Origin: Phoronis australis
Taxonomy: Eukaryota > Animalia > Phoronida
DNA: 64,000 nucleotides
Assembly (NCBI GenBank): GCA_002633005.1
Contig: NMRA01000214.1
Span: forward strand, 23,336 to 87,335
Direction of reading: 5' to 3'
Shown here: piece after piece, positions 27,701-42,700 of the stretch
How the letters are laid out: the number at the start of each line of letters is the position of its first letter
How positions within the stretch are numbered: position 1 is the first letter of the stretch
Notes under the pieces: generated by a model
Told to the model about the DNA's origin: nothing
Seen by the model: only the letters and a program-made list of their open reading frames with translations
Databases searched by the model: none
Position numbers and translations under genes: made by a program

Positions 27701-30700
27701 TGCTGGTCCTGAAGCGCGATCTGTTGATGCAGGGCACTAGTGCGAGTGATTAGGAGCTTCGTAAGAATACACAATGGACTCTCCCGAAGTTTTGGTATTA
27801 TAACTAGAAACTCACTCTACGAGACAGTGCCTGTTTCAGTGACTCAAATCAGAAGCCGATAGGTCATGTCAACAGAGCCTGACAACAGCCTATCAGTGCT
27901 TTTCAATCACTATTTTGCGAGAAAAAAATCAATAAAATTGTCAATTTTTCGATAAATTAAAACTAATACGTACATGCTACATTGATTTTCAACTCCGAAA
28001 ACACGCGCCGTACTCCAGGTACTATATTTTGTGCGTGACACCTGACCAATTTCCCATTGTCAGTTCGACTGGCATTGAACATAAATGAAGAGGTCCAAGT
28101 GTAGCTTTCGCCTCCTGGTTGGGAATTTGCCTCCACGTGATCTTCATATGCACTGGCCCATGTCAGGTCCTGCTCCCAAAAAATCGACGCGTTAGGGTAT
28201 ACGTGATCTGTAGAACATGACATCTGCACGACATCCCCAACTAACGCGTATTCAATGGAAGACGACAGCGTAGTTTTGTCTGGACCAACTGGAAAATGAG
28301 CACATTGACAAACAAAAGAAAAAATGGAATACTCGACGCTCAGCATGATGACAACTCTTCAAATTCAAACTTGCGAAATTTCTAGGTCGCCAAATGGGAA
28401 AAGAGGTCTTCAAAACAAAAACACTGAAGCACATATGCTGGTGTAGGAAAGTCCTGGACTCCACAAAAGACTCTTAATTGATAGCACTCGGAAAGACATT
28501 ACGCATGGGTACCTGAATAAACGATCCGAACAAAGGGCCGGGATATTTGAGATCGGCTGTGTGACCTTTTTCTCGTGTGTTCGCTAACGACTGATTTTCC
28601 CAATATTTAGCGCAGGGTCGCCTCTAACATTAGGACAAAGCAGAGGACCGGAAACGTTGTTTGTGCATGTCTCCGTTTTTTACCGTAAACCCCCGATTCC
28701 TGTCCCTATACTTCTTGCACTTGTTTGAGCGCGTGTTGTTTCGTGGGAACTTTGTGGTGTCTAGGAATTTTTATTAGGTCTCCAAGTAAAATCTGATCTC
28801 GCATTGGCGTCCTGAAGGTTGCCAAATCGAACCCTGCATACTCTAATTTGTCGGCTAGCGTAAATCTGAAGTAAGTCAAGTGGGTCACGTTTTTTCTCTG
28901 AACATTAGGAAGTTCCAAACTATATCAATTTGTCTGTCATGGACAACAAACCTAGACATTTAAGCTCTTTGATTACGCGACCACTGCAATTCATTGGCTG
29001 ACGGTACACAGTTTAACCTCATTTGGCAAGTCTATTCATTTACAAAAGGCGTTACAGCCGACCTAAACAGTTGTGCCTATTGTGGTATGCAGAACTTTCT
29101 ATAGCAACTTCCCAAAATACGCAGCGTCCTGTCTCGTTCTATCTTCAATATATGCGTCAGTAATGGCAGGCTTTCTTGTCCCACTACTGCCTTGGTAATT
29201 TCTATTTTCTATAAAAAGTGCCCGTCTATCTAATTCCAAAACTGTTTTACTGTCGTAGGTCAGATATTAAAAATTGAAATAGTGAAAGGCGCACGCACAA
29301 CAAATCCTTTTTCAATTGCACGCGGCCCTACGCTACCAATGGTCGAAAGGATATTTCTATTCTTCAGAGGAATAGAGTTTCAGAACTCGGAATAATTGAT
29401 AGATGCACTTACATTTTACAATTATTTCAACTTCGTCTCGAGCGGTGAACTGGTTGACGGCAGCATTGGTTGCTATGCACACCAGACGACTTGAGTGAAA
29501 TCTCCTGTCGGCCCGAAAAGCAATTTTTTTGCTACATACAAGAAATCTAGATGCCAAGATACAAACTGTGGGTGCTATGTCGTAACTGAGACGACTTTTG
29601 GTGATATCATTCACACGCCATGTGACATTTGCCGATGGGTGAACTTCAGTTGTTTGGCAGTCAATTTCCACTTTTTGATTTTCGAAGACAGAGTGTTGCG
29701 TTTTCAAAACATCGCTGGTCACTTTGTCGACAAACGTGACGCCCTTTGGGCCATCTGAAACAATCAGAATGGCCTGTACTTGCAAAAGACAAGTTTCGAC
29801 AGGTGGATAGTACTCGTACTATTTAAAAAGTTTTCTTGACTGCATGTGCACAATAATACCAAGGACTTCCGAGATTGCGAGTACATCTCAGTCGCTTAGA
29901 CAGTGCATAGAATAATAGGTTCAAACCGCTAGGTGGTTAAATATTTTGGAATTATTCTTGAAGTTTGTGGCTTTAAATTACCAATGCGTCTTCAATCAGC
30001 AGTTTTTGAAGTAAAACACTTTTCAATTTTACCACTTTTCTGCTATAAAACTCGTCGAATTTACTCAGATTAGACAAGGCCGATGTGTTTGGTAAGAATT
30101 AGCATTGATCAGTTGCAAAAGAATGAAGCTACAGTACTGCTATGCAGTACGATCCCACGTGATATGTGGGTGTAAGTAGGATCCCTTAACACCAAATGGA
30201 ACTTAAAATAATAATGAAGAAGACACTAGAAACGCACAAAAAGACGTCACTTGAATTTTCACATCCGTGCGAGTGGTGATCTTTGTGAAATCGTTTGTTG
30301 CTTGGCAACGAATACCCAAATCCTGGTGGTCCACTGCCGGCACAAATGTGAATGTTCTTGTGAAGACAAACGTTCTTTCTCGTATTTCACGGCGTTCAGT
30401 TCTTCTCTGCGACCCCGAAATGGAAGTTACCCACTGAAGTGATGCGTTTGGAAACACTTCATCTGTGGTGCATTGGAGTGTCAACGGTTGATTGAGTGGT
30501 GTTAGTATTCTCCCGTGAATGGAAGCTGTCCCAGTTATGTCGACTTTAGTCGGACCATCTTAAAAACACAGGTCAAGCCGTATATTTATTCAGTGTGGAT
30601 TGGTAAGGGTGCCATGCATATTGTGCAGTACACTTTATTTTATATCAAGAAGTAAATCGGCTGAACTGTTCCGTTGACCTGAAAAGGAAAAGGTTCATAA

Positions 30701-33700
30701 AAACTGGATAATCAACTTAAACCATGACGTGTGTAACTCTTTTCATTCATTCTTCCTCTGGTTGTACACAATGCACGTGTATATTTCTGATACGACAGAA
30801 TCACTGTCAAGTCGCTTTGACTTTTGAAAACGTAATGGAAATATGTCAAGAAATGCGACTCATTAAACAGTTTCACCAAATGAACTTACATCTCAAATCC
30901 TCCCTATTAATATACATCGCAGTGCCCACAAGCCAAAACTCACATGCTACATTCACGTGAAATTGTCTCGTAACCGTGTAGTTAGTTGCGCTGGCCACTG
31001 CGGAACATTTTAATCTTGCTAAGTTCAAACTTCTTTCAGCAGTGAAGGTAAGATTTCTCTTGTATGCAAAGCCGCCATTGACACCTTTGGTCACTTCGAC
31101 TTTCGGCGAAACACCAGTTAAAGGCCAATCCCACCTTAACGTTGCGTTAGGATATACATTGTCGGTTCTGCATTGTATGGTGTAGGTTAAATTCTCCAAG
31201 GTGGAAAAAGTGTTGTCAATGTCGTCGAAAGAGCCAGGCTGCTCACTTAGGTCAGAGATATACACCGCTGTAGGTCCATCTGCAATACCGACACGAGAAG
31301 TCAGTTCTCAACATAGACAAACACTTCACGGGCAGTAATTAAGTTGCACGCCATTGCTGCATGCAGATGTGATTGGAGAGATTTGTGCGATTAGTTCTTC
31401 TTTTCAGTGATGCAGAATGATCAATTTTCAACAGTCCATCAAGCATGTGGCGCCAACCACTGTCTTCAAAATGGTGAATGAATCTTGGTTTGCCGTATGT
31501 GTTTTAGTGTCCATGCCTTGAGCGAAAATCCTATTGTTGCAACTCTTAAAAATGGTGCATATACGCTTCGTCCTTCACTTGTGTTGCTCATAGAAATATC
31601 CTATCAGTGTAAGAAGTGTTGTGACGGTGAACTTATTGTGATGAAAGGTGTATCTCGATCTTCGTTTTTAAGACAGATAAACAAGACGAGGTGCAATTTA
31701 AATCTTGTACAATCTAAAAAATCAGACATATTTCAATAGTTAGAAACAACATTGAGCTTCACGAAACGCTGAATACACGTTGAGCTTTTCGGTGGACAAC
31801 GAATAGCGGAATACACAACAGTAACTTGGTTCCACAACAGAGTGACGTCAATCTATGTGCTTAGTTGAAACCTTCCATTGACGTTTAATATGCGACTTAT
31901 TGCACCATGTGGCCATATTAAAGTAGGGATTTACGCTATCCGTTTCGCAAGTCAATGTTAGTGACAACTGCCTCGGGAAACTAGGGTGCAAGCTCGTCGC
32001 ATGGATATGGGTAGATAGGTGTATCTATCGTTCACTTTGTTTTTCTTTCTTATAATAAAGATAATGGTAAGCATTTATCGGTAACCGGCTGATGAGCGCC
32101 GAAGGTACGATATCCGTGGGACCTCTATTGTTACACAGACGCAGCAAAGGAAAACATTGGTAGCGTATCATAGGCAATAATCCTTACGCCCGTCGCATGG
32201 ATGTCGTAAGTTATATATATCTTGCGAAATCCATACGACATCATTTGGCATGACTATTCGTGAGAACGTTGTGTGCTGTTTCTGTGACTATCCAGCGTGG
32301 TGTTTTCATTGTCAGTGTTCTTGGACCGTCGATCTGTAACTCCCATAAAAGTCACATGGGAGTCTTCGTAGTAGCACATTCAAGCAAAATTAAACTAACA
32401 CGGAATTGTCGATTTTATCTCAGACTACATGGCTTTGACAGCAATGTTCAAAAGTGCAACGGTCGACATCTTATACCTCCAAAATTCAAGCTCCCAAAAG
32501 ACAGATCTCGCAAACCCTACTCCATACAGTGCTCGTGCAAACCTGTACAGGTATTCTATTAGGCCAAAATCTAGTATGTGTTTTTTTTTTGCCTTTGCCG
32601 TAATTGCCTCCAAAGATTCCAACCACGTGTAACTCGGTAACTTTGTTCAGCTTTTACCATTCACTTTTACACAATTAAGAAAATAAATTGTGGTTAGAGT
32701 TTAATTCTAATAAAAGCAGATGATTGTATTGACATCTTAAGGCGATCTCAAACCTTCATTATTTAGTGACCTCCATTTTAACTCGTATATCAAAAGACTA
32801 AGCTTTGTCGACTAGTAAATGAGTATATTTTCTGTACTAAAATGGATCAGGAAATACAAAAATATGTTTTCTATTGATGTACCATCGTTGTTATTAAGTT
32901 AACACCATTTTAAGTCAAAATTTCTTAGAAACGTGCATTCATAGCAAAATAACCCCTCGGTCGATTTTAACGAAACCTTATTTAAATGAAAACTTCACCA
33001 GTTACCTCAAAATGCTGTTAGGAATTTTTATAAGTCTTTTCGTCAACATAAAGTTATCTATTTCAGCATTCACTCACAATGTAAACTGAATTTGAAGTGC
33101 CTAATTAACCTAATTATCATTAAAGCGTACCGTCCCCAGCCAAGTGGTTGGATCATCTGTTACTGTAGGTCATCTGTTCATTGCTATACATACATGTATA
33201 GCACATCACGTGATGGGAGACTGATACGAAACCAAGTAAGACAAGGATTACAGAAATCGAGTAAGTGGTTAAAACACGTCGTTAGCATGAAATCAAACAG
33301 CGAAATGTTAAATTATTTAATGAATTGAGGGATTCGGGTGAAGTTTATCTGTTTTTACAACTTGTTGTGTTCATGACCACAGAGATGTGAGGCGACTCGC
33401 AGACGCAAAAACCCCCTCAGCTCAGGATCAAAACTACGTTTTGTCTTTGTTTTCTCCGGCACCGTTCTATCATACGTACACTTTGTTGACTCATTATTAT
33501 GGCGATTCGGTTAATGAAAGAACTGAAGGTACATAAGAAGTTGCTCTGTTCTGGCGGGAGATTTGATTTGAGTGCCTGCCCTGTAACTGTTTATCTCTGA
33601 TACGTAGTACACAAATATGCACGCAGTTGGGCAGTTCCAAGGTGGTTCAGCTAAATCTTTTTTTCTCGATATACGATGTATATTTTGTAATTGAAGTTCT

Positions 33701-36700
33701 TCGAGAATTAAGAAAAAGTTTTCTGCTAGACAAATGTGAAATGTTATAAGAATGGCTATTTTTGCGAATAAGGTTTGAGATGTCCTTGATACCAAAATGG
33801 TTTATTACCACGATGCACGAGCTATTTAAACTGTGCGTGGGGATACACAATACACAAGCATATCTGTAGCATGAGATAATCACTTTTAAATGTGTGGTTA
33901 CCTCTTGATTAATGTAGGGCCTAATGAAAATGTGTTAAGAAATGCGACTCGTCATCCACTTCCATGCAATAAGCTCACACCCCAGTCTCCATGCCGCAAT
34001 TTGCTTTACCCCTTCTCAAATTCTCCAAGAACACTTACGATAATATACATCTTAGTGCCCAGTACGAAATACTCACATGCTACATTCACGTGAACTTGTC
34101 TCGTAACAGTGACGTTAGTTAGGCTGGCCACTGCAGAACATTTTGCTATAGCTAAGTTCATACTTCTTCCAGCAGTGAACGTAAGATTTCTCTTGTAAGC
34201 AAAGCCACCATTGACACCGTTGGTGACTTCAACTTTTGACAAAACACAAGTCATAGGCCAATTCCACGTTAAAGTAGCGTTAGGATATACACTGTCGGTA
34301 GTGCATTGTATGGTGTATGTTACATTCTCCACGGTTGAAAAAGTGTTGTCAGTGTCCTTGAAAGAGCCAGGCTGATCTTTTAGGTCGGAGATGTACAGCG
34401 CTGTAGGCCCAACTGCAATGACGGGAATAGAAGTCAGTTCTCAACATGGCAAACAGGGCTGTATTTTAACTGGAAGCCGTTGCTTAGGTCTTTAATGGAT
34501 TGTGAGATTTGATTTGTTGAGGTGTGATTTTTATAGTTTGTTCTTTCTTTCAGCCTGTGATGCAGAATGCTCGATTTCCAACAGTCCATCAAACGTGTGG
34601 AACCCACCGCTATCTGCAAAGTGGTGAATGACACCTGAATTGTCGTGTATGTGTCAATGTCTATATCTTGAGCGACAGTGGCATTGTTGCGACTTTTGAA
34701 AACGGGGCTTATAGGCCTCGTACTTGACTTCCCAGTTATTAACGAAATAGAATCCTATCACGATAAGGAATATTGTGATAGCAAATAGGTGAAAATGAAA
34801 CCCAAAACTCGTTGTTCGTTTTTTAGAGAACCAAACAAGGCAAAATGCAGCTTTAAGTCATAGATAAGTCATGGATACGTGTATTTCAATACTTACAAAG
34901 AACATTGAGTTTCACAAAACGCTGAATCCACATTGAGCCTCTGGGTGGTGAACGAATAGCGCGACACACAACAATAACTTGGTTCCACAAAGGAATGACG
35001 GTAATTGATGAATTCAGTTGAAACCTTCCTTTGACGTTCAATATGTGACTTGTTGTACCATGTGACCACGTCATGTTAACGTATGGATTCACACTATCCG
35101 TTTCACAAGTCAATGCAAGTAGCGTATTCGTGAGAACGTTGTGTGCTCTTTCTGTGATAACCCGGAGTGGTGTTTTTATTGTCAATGTTTTTGGACCGTC
35201 TGTAATTTCCATAGAAATCAAATAAGTGTTTTCATGAAAGCATATACCAGCAAAACGAAAATGCGACGGGATCTGGCTTTGACAGAAATATTCAAAGGTG
35301 CAAAGTCCACAATGGAGACCTCAAAAATTCAAGCCTCCAAAGGACAGGCATCCCAAACCGAACTAACTCCAGTGCTCCCTCTAGAGTTCAAATGTACTTT
35401 ATTGAGCCAAAAACATAGTTATCGGGTGTCTTATTTTGTGCCAACAATTCTCAACCACATGTAACTCTACTCAACTTTCCCCATTTATTTTACACAATGT
35501 TAATAATCACTTAAGAAAGCAAACTGTAGTTAGGGTGATATTCCATTATAAGCATCAGATTCTACTGACATTTTGATAGCAAAACGGTTCATTAAAGCAA
35601 GATAAACAGGTTTATGACATACGCCACTAGCATTTTAGACTGTCTGGGTGTACACAATACACATACATATATGAAGCGCGCGGGAATCATTTTCAAGGGT
35701 TCTCGTTTCATTAGATCTTAATTAATGCAATGAAAATATGCCAGAAAATTCGACCCAGAATCTAAGTTCACCAAAGACGCTCACAATCCAGTCTCCACGC
35801 AAACGTTTATTTGGGCTAAAAGTCTCAGTGCTCACTAGCCACCAAAGCTCGTTCCAATGTTATCAACACTTACATGCTACAGTTACTTGAAATTGTCGTG
35901 TAACCGTGGAATTAGTTGCGCTGGCCACTGCGAAACATTTTGCAATGGCTAAGTTGATACTTTTTCCAGCAGTGAAGGTGAGATTTCTCTTGTAGACAAA
36001 CCCGCTGTTGGCGCTTTTGGTCACTTCTACCATCGACAAACAGCCGGTCACAGGCCAAATCCAGCTTAGAGAAACGTTGGGATAGACACTGTCGGTTGCG
36101 CATTGAATGGTATAGGTTACATTCTCCACGGTTGAGAACGAGCTATTCGTGTCGTCGAAAGAGCCACGCTGCTCGCTTAAGTCAGAGATGTACAGTGTTG
36201 TAGGTCCATCTGGAATATCAAGATTGCAAGTCGTTTTTAAATATTAGGAGTCAATTCTTACGCTCTGTCACTAAATCATCGATGGGCATATTTGACATTT
36301 TTATACCACATTGAGATTTGAGCCATTGAGTTAGAAAGAAAAAATTTCGGGTACCTTTTATATTACAAACTGTTGGTTGCTTTTCATGCTCACGTTCAGT
36401 GGCAATTGATTGATTTCACTACATATCTGGCGCGCCTCGCTATTTGCCAAATGGTGAAGGACCGGCACATGAATTGTGCTGGCGTGTATCGTTCACTTTG
36501 TAAGCCTTGTACGATAACGTCAAATTCCAATTTTCAAAGTGGCACTTATACGCATTCCTTTTCCTTGTCTCTTAAATTGATAAAATAAGTAGAATTCTAT
36601 CACGGCATCGAATATTTTGAGGTTGATTTAGTGAGATTAAAAGGTATAACTTGGGTTATGTTTCCCGACAGGTGATCAAGAAGCTTTCAAAATTTGCTCC

Positions 36701-39700
36701 TAAACATGTCCAGTAGAGATATTATAACACTTACACAGAACATTGAGTTTCACAGCACGCTGAATCCACGTTGAGCCTGTCGGTGGAGAACGAATAGCGC
36801 GACACACAACAGTAACTTGGTTCCACATCGGAGTGACGTCAATCGATGAGTTAAGTTGAAACCTTCCATTCAGGTTCAATATATGACTTATTGCCCCATG
36901 TGACCACGTCATGTTAACGTTAGGATTCACACTATTCGTTTCACAAGTCAATGCAAGTGATGTATTCGTGAGAACGTTGTGTGCTGTTTCTGTGATAACC
37001 CTGCCTGATGTTTTTATTGTCAATGTTTTTGGACCATCTGTAATTTCCATAAATGTCATACGGGAGTCTTCTTGTCAGCACATTCAAGCAAAAATTAACT
37101 GGGATGGTATTGCCATGGCATTGATTGACCCACATGTTCAAGTGCAAACTTCGACAGCGAGGGCCTCCAAAGCTCAAGCCACAAAAGGACACGCCTTGGA
37201 AACCCAACAACCGTCAGTGATCGGGCTCATCTTTACAGGTACTCTATTGGCCCAAAAACCTTGTTATTGGGTGTGATATATCGTGCCTTTGTCGTCGTTG
37301 CCTTTAGTGATTCACAAGGACGTGTAATTAAGTAAATCTGTTACCATTGGCTTTTACAAAGGACTGATAAACAATGAAAGTGAAACTCTGGTTAAAGACC
37401 AAAGCTTCAGAATGACAGCTTAATTGCAAAACGGTTCATAAATGCAGGATAAACAAGTCTATAACGTGCTTCACGAGCTATTCAGACTGTCCAAGAGTGT
37501 ACACCATTCACATGCATATACGTAGCGCGAGTGAAGCTTTTTCAACTGTTCTTGTTTTACTAAATCTTAATTAGCGCAAGGACAATATACCGCAAAATGT
37601 CACCCAGAATCCTGTTTCGTCAAAAACTCTTAAAATCTAATAGCCTCGTCGAAATTTATTGGGGCTTAGATTAGTTCCAAAATTCCTTAATAATGTAACA
37701 TCTCAGTGCTCACTAGCCACCAAAGCTCGTTCCAGTGTTACCAACACTCACATGCTACATTTACGTAAAATTGCCGAGCAACCGTGGAATTAGTGGCGCT
37801 GTTTACTGCAAAACATTTTGCAATAGCTAAGTTGATACTTCTTCCAGCAGTGAAGGTAAGATTTCTCTTGTAAACAAACCCGCTGTTGGCGCCTTTGATC
37901 ACTTCTGCGTTCGACAAACAGCCAGTCACAGGCCAACTCCAGCTTAGAGTAGCGTTGGGATAGACACTATCGGTTGCGCATTGAATGGTATAGGTTACAT
38001 TTCCCACTGTTGAGAACGAGCTAACTGTGCCGTCGAAAAAGCCACGCTGCTCACTTAAGTCAGAGATATAAAGTGTTGTAGGTCCATCTGTAATGTTAAG
38101 ACCGGAATGCAGTTTAACGTTAGGAGGCATTTCTTACGCTTTATCCCCGAGTCATCAATGGACAGATTTGACAATATTACACCATATTGAGATTTGATGC
38201 ATTGAGATATTTGGGAAATTTGGTGATTGTTTTTATAGCCACAGTTCAGTTTCAAATGGTTGATTTCACTACAAATATGGCGCCCCTCGCCTTCTGTCCA
38301 CTTGTGAAGGACCGACCCATCGATTATCGCACTTGGGTACATCGTTCACTTTGCATGCCTTGTACGAAAACGTCAAATTGCAAGTTCCAACCTGGCATTT
38401 GAACGCATTCCCTCTAATTGTCTCGTGAAGTGATTAGACAAATAGAATCCTATCACGTTATCAAATATCAAGTGGCCAATTTCGTGGGAAGAAAAGTCCT
38501 CCTGGTTACTCATTTGGGTATCGATGTTTCTTTCAAACCCTTGACAGCTATTTTGTCAACACAGTTGGGCGCCAAATGATTGATTTCACTACACATATTG
38601 TGCACTCTCAATGTGAAAAGTGGTGAAGGATGGGTACATAGGTTGCCGTGCTGGTGTGTCTCGTGCACTGTGTGAGCCTTGTACGATAACGCCAATTTGC
38701 AAATTCCAAAATGGCGGTCACAGGCATTCCGTTTCCTTGTCTCCTTAATTGATTAAATAGGTAAAATACTATTACGATATCAAATATCCCGAGATTGATT
38801 CCGCGAGATTAAAAAGACTATCTTGAGTTATGTTTTCTGCCAGGTGATCAACATGAAAAACAGCTTTCATAATTTCATTCCTAATGCAGTCAAATAGAGA
38901 TATTGTAATACTTACAAACAACATTGAGTTTCACAAAACGTTCGATCCACATGGAGGATCGCGGTGGAGAACGAATAGCGTGACACACAACAGTAACTTG
39001 GTTCCACGTTGGAGTAACGTCGATAGATGAGTTTAGTTGAAATCTTCCTTTGACGTTCAATATGTGACTTGTTGCACCATGTGACCACGTCATGTTAACG
39101 TAAGGATTCACATAATCCGTTTCACAAATCAGTTGAAGTGACGTATTCGTGAGAACGTTGTTTTCTGTTTCTGCCACAATCCCGTGAGGTGTTTTTATTG
39201 TCAAAGTTCTTGGACCGTCTGTAATATCGATAAAAATCACAGTGGTGTCTTCGTGGCAGCATACTCAAGGATGACTAAACTGGGACGGGACTGCCGATTT
39301 TACCTCGTGGTTTCACGCACATGTAAAAAAGTGTAAAACATGATATTCAAAACACAAGCCTCCAAAGGCGAGTCCTCAGCAACCCAACAACTTCCTTTGC
39401 TAATCTTTACAGGCACAGTATTAAAACCTAGTTATTGGATATCTAACTTTGTGCCTTTGTCTTAACTCCCTCCAGTTATTCCCAACCACGTGTAATTCAG
39501 TAAATCTGTTCAACTTTTACCCTTTGCTTTTACACAAGACCAATCAACACTGAAAAGGTAAACTGTATTTGAAGAACAAGTCTAATATAAGCAAAGATTG
39601 TATAAACACCTTATTTAGCAAAACAGTCCATCATCGCAGGATAAACAATTGTATGACGTACGCCATGAGCCAAAATTTATTTGCCATAAATTCTCTAATA

Positions 39701-42700
39701 AATCCTTAATAATATAATTTCTGTGTTGTTACGGTAATATAAAGGAAAATAACCACTTTTCAGTTATCCTGATCAAAACTAACATCTATTTACGTATTTT
39801 TAAACATGTTGAGACAAAACGGGGGACAAAGACAGGGTCGAACGTCAGCACCAACACTTGAAACTTGCGGCATCTTCAGTCTTCATCATCAAGCCGTCCT
39901 CATGCGTTCCACAGACTGCACCAAAATAATATAGTCAAGTTCTATGCACTAGATGCTGCTGTCCACACCGTTGCAAAGGTTTGCCACATAAACATAAATT
40001 TCTATCAGTACTTTGAAAGTATATAAACAAAACATAAGAAAGTCAGCCTCAGTGTTCAGATAACAATTCATCACACACGTTCGCTCACCATCGCCGACCA
40101 ACTAGAACTCTGGGATAAACTAAAAACTGACCCCTAGCTGGAACACTTAACAGTTGTTTCTAGTCATCATAGTTTGTTCCTGTTTTACCAATACTCACAT
40201 GCTACATTTACTTGAAATTGTCGCGTAACCGTGGAATTAGTTGCGCTGGCCACTGCGAAACATTTTGCTTTAGCTAAGTTCATACGCCTTCCAGCAGTGA
40301 AGGTAAGATTTCTCTTGTAAACAAACCCGCTGTTGAAACCGTTCGTCACCTCTAATCTCGACAAAAAACCAGTCATAGGCCAATCCCACCTTAAAGTAGC
40401 GTTAGGAAAGACAAGGTCGGTTGCGCATTGAATGGTGTAAGTAACATTCTCCACGGTTGAGAACGAGCTTTCTGTGTCGCCAAAAGTGCCACGCTGCTCA
40501 CTTAAGTCAGAGATGTACAGTGTCGTAGGTCCATCTGGAACGTCAAGACCGGAAGTCGATCATAAACACTAGGAATCAGTTCTTACGCTTTATCACCAAG
40601 TCATCGAAGGGCCGTGTTACTGGAACCCAGTTAGAGTTTTTGTCTCTATGTGTCTCTGATGACTAGATTCCTGTTTGGGCATGCTCAGTGAGGTTTTTTA
40701 TATTTTTTTACCTTTTCGTTGCAAGTATTTGAAGTTTAAGTTCCAAGTTTGAAGTTTCAGAAGTCCGATTATTCGGTAAGTTATTCGAGTTATGGCACAT
40801 TTTTTCTTTTTTAAAAAGCCTTGTGAATTGTTCTTAGTAATTTATGTTATGAGTTTCAGGCTTATTTAGGTTTTCGCAGTGTTTTCACCTTGAAATTTAC
40901 ATAGGAGGTTGACTAAGGTTTAGGTTATTTTGCTTTGTAAAGAATCTATTTTACAGTCAAGTCGGATACTATTCTCTTTGTATGGGTTTTCCAAACCTGT
41001 TAGTTTGGTAGTCAAGTAAGTTATGCGGTATATATAGATTATTACATGGCGAAGTCGTTATCCCCTGTTATCTAGAGCCCAAGGGGATTTTGGAGAATTA
41101 TCGTCCGAGAGGTGTTAGCCCCGAGACCCTATTCAATTTTTGAATTTCATAAGACAGTTCGAATTTAGTCTTGTCATTTGCCTCAACAGTGACGAACGAA
41201 TGAATTATCTTGAACAGTACACGATTGGGGAACACAATAAAATACTCTGTGGATATAGCAGTATGTCCAGTGACGTAGAATACCCAGCTGTTATGTAGGA
41301 GTTTAGGCAAAGCTACGGTTACAATAGTCTGTTGGCAAACGCTTATATTACAAAAGCCTTAAGCTGGCAAGTGATCAAGTCAGACCAGCCTAAGCAGCTT
41401 GATGATGTTGACCTCTTTTGTTAGAATGTGAAAATGCAGTTAGATCTATAGACGCTATATGGCTGTTCTAGAGTATCCCGACAATCTACGCAATTTAATG
41501 ACAAAGCTGCCTTTCAATATGCTCTAAAATGACGTTCAGGAACTTTTTATTTGAGGGTGAATAACCAAAAGTCAAGCGTAAGAAGGTCAAGACGTCAAAC
41601 GTCCCTGAATTCGGAAGAGCTTCTTTGCCCATGCAAAAGTCTGTTCCTATCGCTGTACTGTACGTAGTCAAAGTCTCGGTTAATGCTTCTCATCCTGTGA
41701 CTTGTATCTTTTGTTATTGAAGTCGCGCTCTTGCTTCGTGTCAGAGTTTCAAGTTGAAGCCGTTGCAGGCCAGATTGTTATTTATACGTAACAAGGGTGT
41801 GTGCTTTGGTTGTCTAAAGCATGGTCACCACTGTAGACAGTGAAGAAACACGTCCATCTGCAGCAAGTGTGGAAAGCTGCATCCTACTATTTTGCATGAC
41901 AACCGAATCTCAACGAGATGTTGCTGAAAAGGCGTCTGCTGTGGAACACGCGTCTGCTGCAGAAACGGTGTGTGCCGAAGTTGGAAATACTGTTGCTAAG
42001 TTGTGCGGTAGTGTAGAGACGTCCACGAGTTCTGCTGGTCCTGTTACTTTTATGGGAACCGGCAACTCTATTACTGAAGATTGTACCGTGGTAATTGTAC
42101 CGGTGAAGGTCAAGTCTCGACATAACATTACTGTAGACTGCTGTGCTTTCTTGGACCCTGGCAGCAATATAACCTTTTGTACATCTGAGTTAGTGCGTGA
42201 TTTACATGTAGCTGGTGCCAAGTCTTCTATCATGTTAGAAACAACGAATTCCTCTCAGAAGATGAACTTGAGGAAGGTTCAAGGCCTTGAAGTGTCCAGT
42301 TTAGATGGTGAGAAGTTTGTTAAACTGCCTGTTCTCTACAAATAGGACATTATGCCTGTTTCCCAAAGACACATTCCAACTAAGGCAGATATTGCCAAGC
42401 GGTATCACTTGTAAAATATTCTTGTTCCAGACATAGATGGCAAAGTGATGCTATTTGTAGGCAATAACATGCCTGAGGCCTACTCATTAAATGAGATTTA
42501 CACGGGCCCCCTGGTAGTCCATACGCTTCAAGAACAGCTCTGGGTTGGCTGTTATCTGATGTTATTCGCAATCAAGTTGACGAGACAAATGCTGATGTCT
42601 CAGGTTATCAAGTTAACCGTGTTGATGTTAAGGTCGTGCAAGATGCTGATAATTTAGAGGAATTGCTGGAAAGTTCTATTAAAGTCCTTGTCTCACGCGT